A stretch of 63,887 bases of DNA from Rhina ancylostomus (taxonomy: Eukaryota): positions 14,111,594-14,175,480 of the forward strand of contig JARFYF010000055.1 of NCBI GenBank assembly GCA_030265395.1, read 5' to 3'. Shown piece after piece: positions 63,623 to 63,887 of the stretch. Below the pieces are notes generated by a model. It was given only the letters and a program-made list of their open reading frames with translations, searched no databases and was not told the DNA's origin. A program made the position numbers and the translations under genes. Each line of letters opens with the position of its first letter. Within the stretch, counting starts at the first letter, position 1.

Positions 63623-63887
63623 CAAGTGTGTATCAGTATTTGGAGTCGCTTCACAGGAGGTGCTGATATTTTAGAGGTTTTTTCATGAATTTGTCAGTAT
63701 TTTCACAACTCTCCTGGAGTGCGTCAGTATTTTCAGATGCCCCTGCAGTGTGTTAGTATTCCTGGGGGGGTTCCTCAGCTATGCATTGATATTTTCAGGT
63801 GTACTTCGTGTCAGTGTTTTCAGTGTTCCCCAAAAGTGTCATGGTTCTGACTACTGGCCCTTGATTTGGCTCCTTTAATGCCCTGTT

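Larger units (their letters stand above)
60830..63845. repeat. Degenerate minisatellite, about 30-31 bp unit, with a 60-bp higher-order block at 62221-62400
   Basis: Recurrent variants of TTCCCCAGGAGTGTGTCAGTATTTTCAGGGA; three near-identical 60-mers stacked at 62221, 62281 and 62341. Confidence 0.85.

Noticed and set aside
30330-63887. OPRD1 (the next gene in human) or a bHLHE22/23 paralogue
   Set aside because: No GPCR transmembrane or bHLH peptide is recognisable in any listed ORF. Such a gene may lie beyond the window or inside gaps.

Overview
Vertebrate genomic DNA, most likely a cartilaginous fish judging from its repeats (HE1/V-SINE-like SINEs, CR1/HER1-like LINEs, Penelope-like elements). 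It comes from a draft assembly with many N gaps. The left half (1 to about 30.3 kb) holds a complete + strand YTHDF2 gene (m6A reader): a CpG-island promoter, five coding exons (543-569, 744-768, 4035-4114, 9675-11240, 29457-29480; 573 aa), an 18.2-kb last intron and a 3' UTR ending near AATAAA at 30308. The right half has no credible host protein-coding gene but contains a miR-124 hairpin on the minus strand (mature 3p at 53405-53426), convergent with YTHDF2. The hairpin lies in a broad CpG-retaining domain, with a near-consensus REST/RE1 site and two perfect CREs upstream. This mirrors the human YTHDF1-MIR124-3 and YTHDF3-MIR124-2 linkages and suggests an ohnologous miR-124 locus absent beside human YTHDF2. 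Other points of interest: an out-of-frame upstream ATG overlapping the YTHDF2 start, a possible intronic-polyadenylation isoform, two local templated insertions, Penelope-derived hairpins with hammerhead-like cores, and an old minisatellite invaded by three transposon classes. Repeat boundaries are approximate and no database searches were run.
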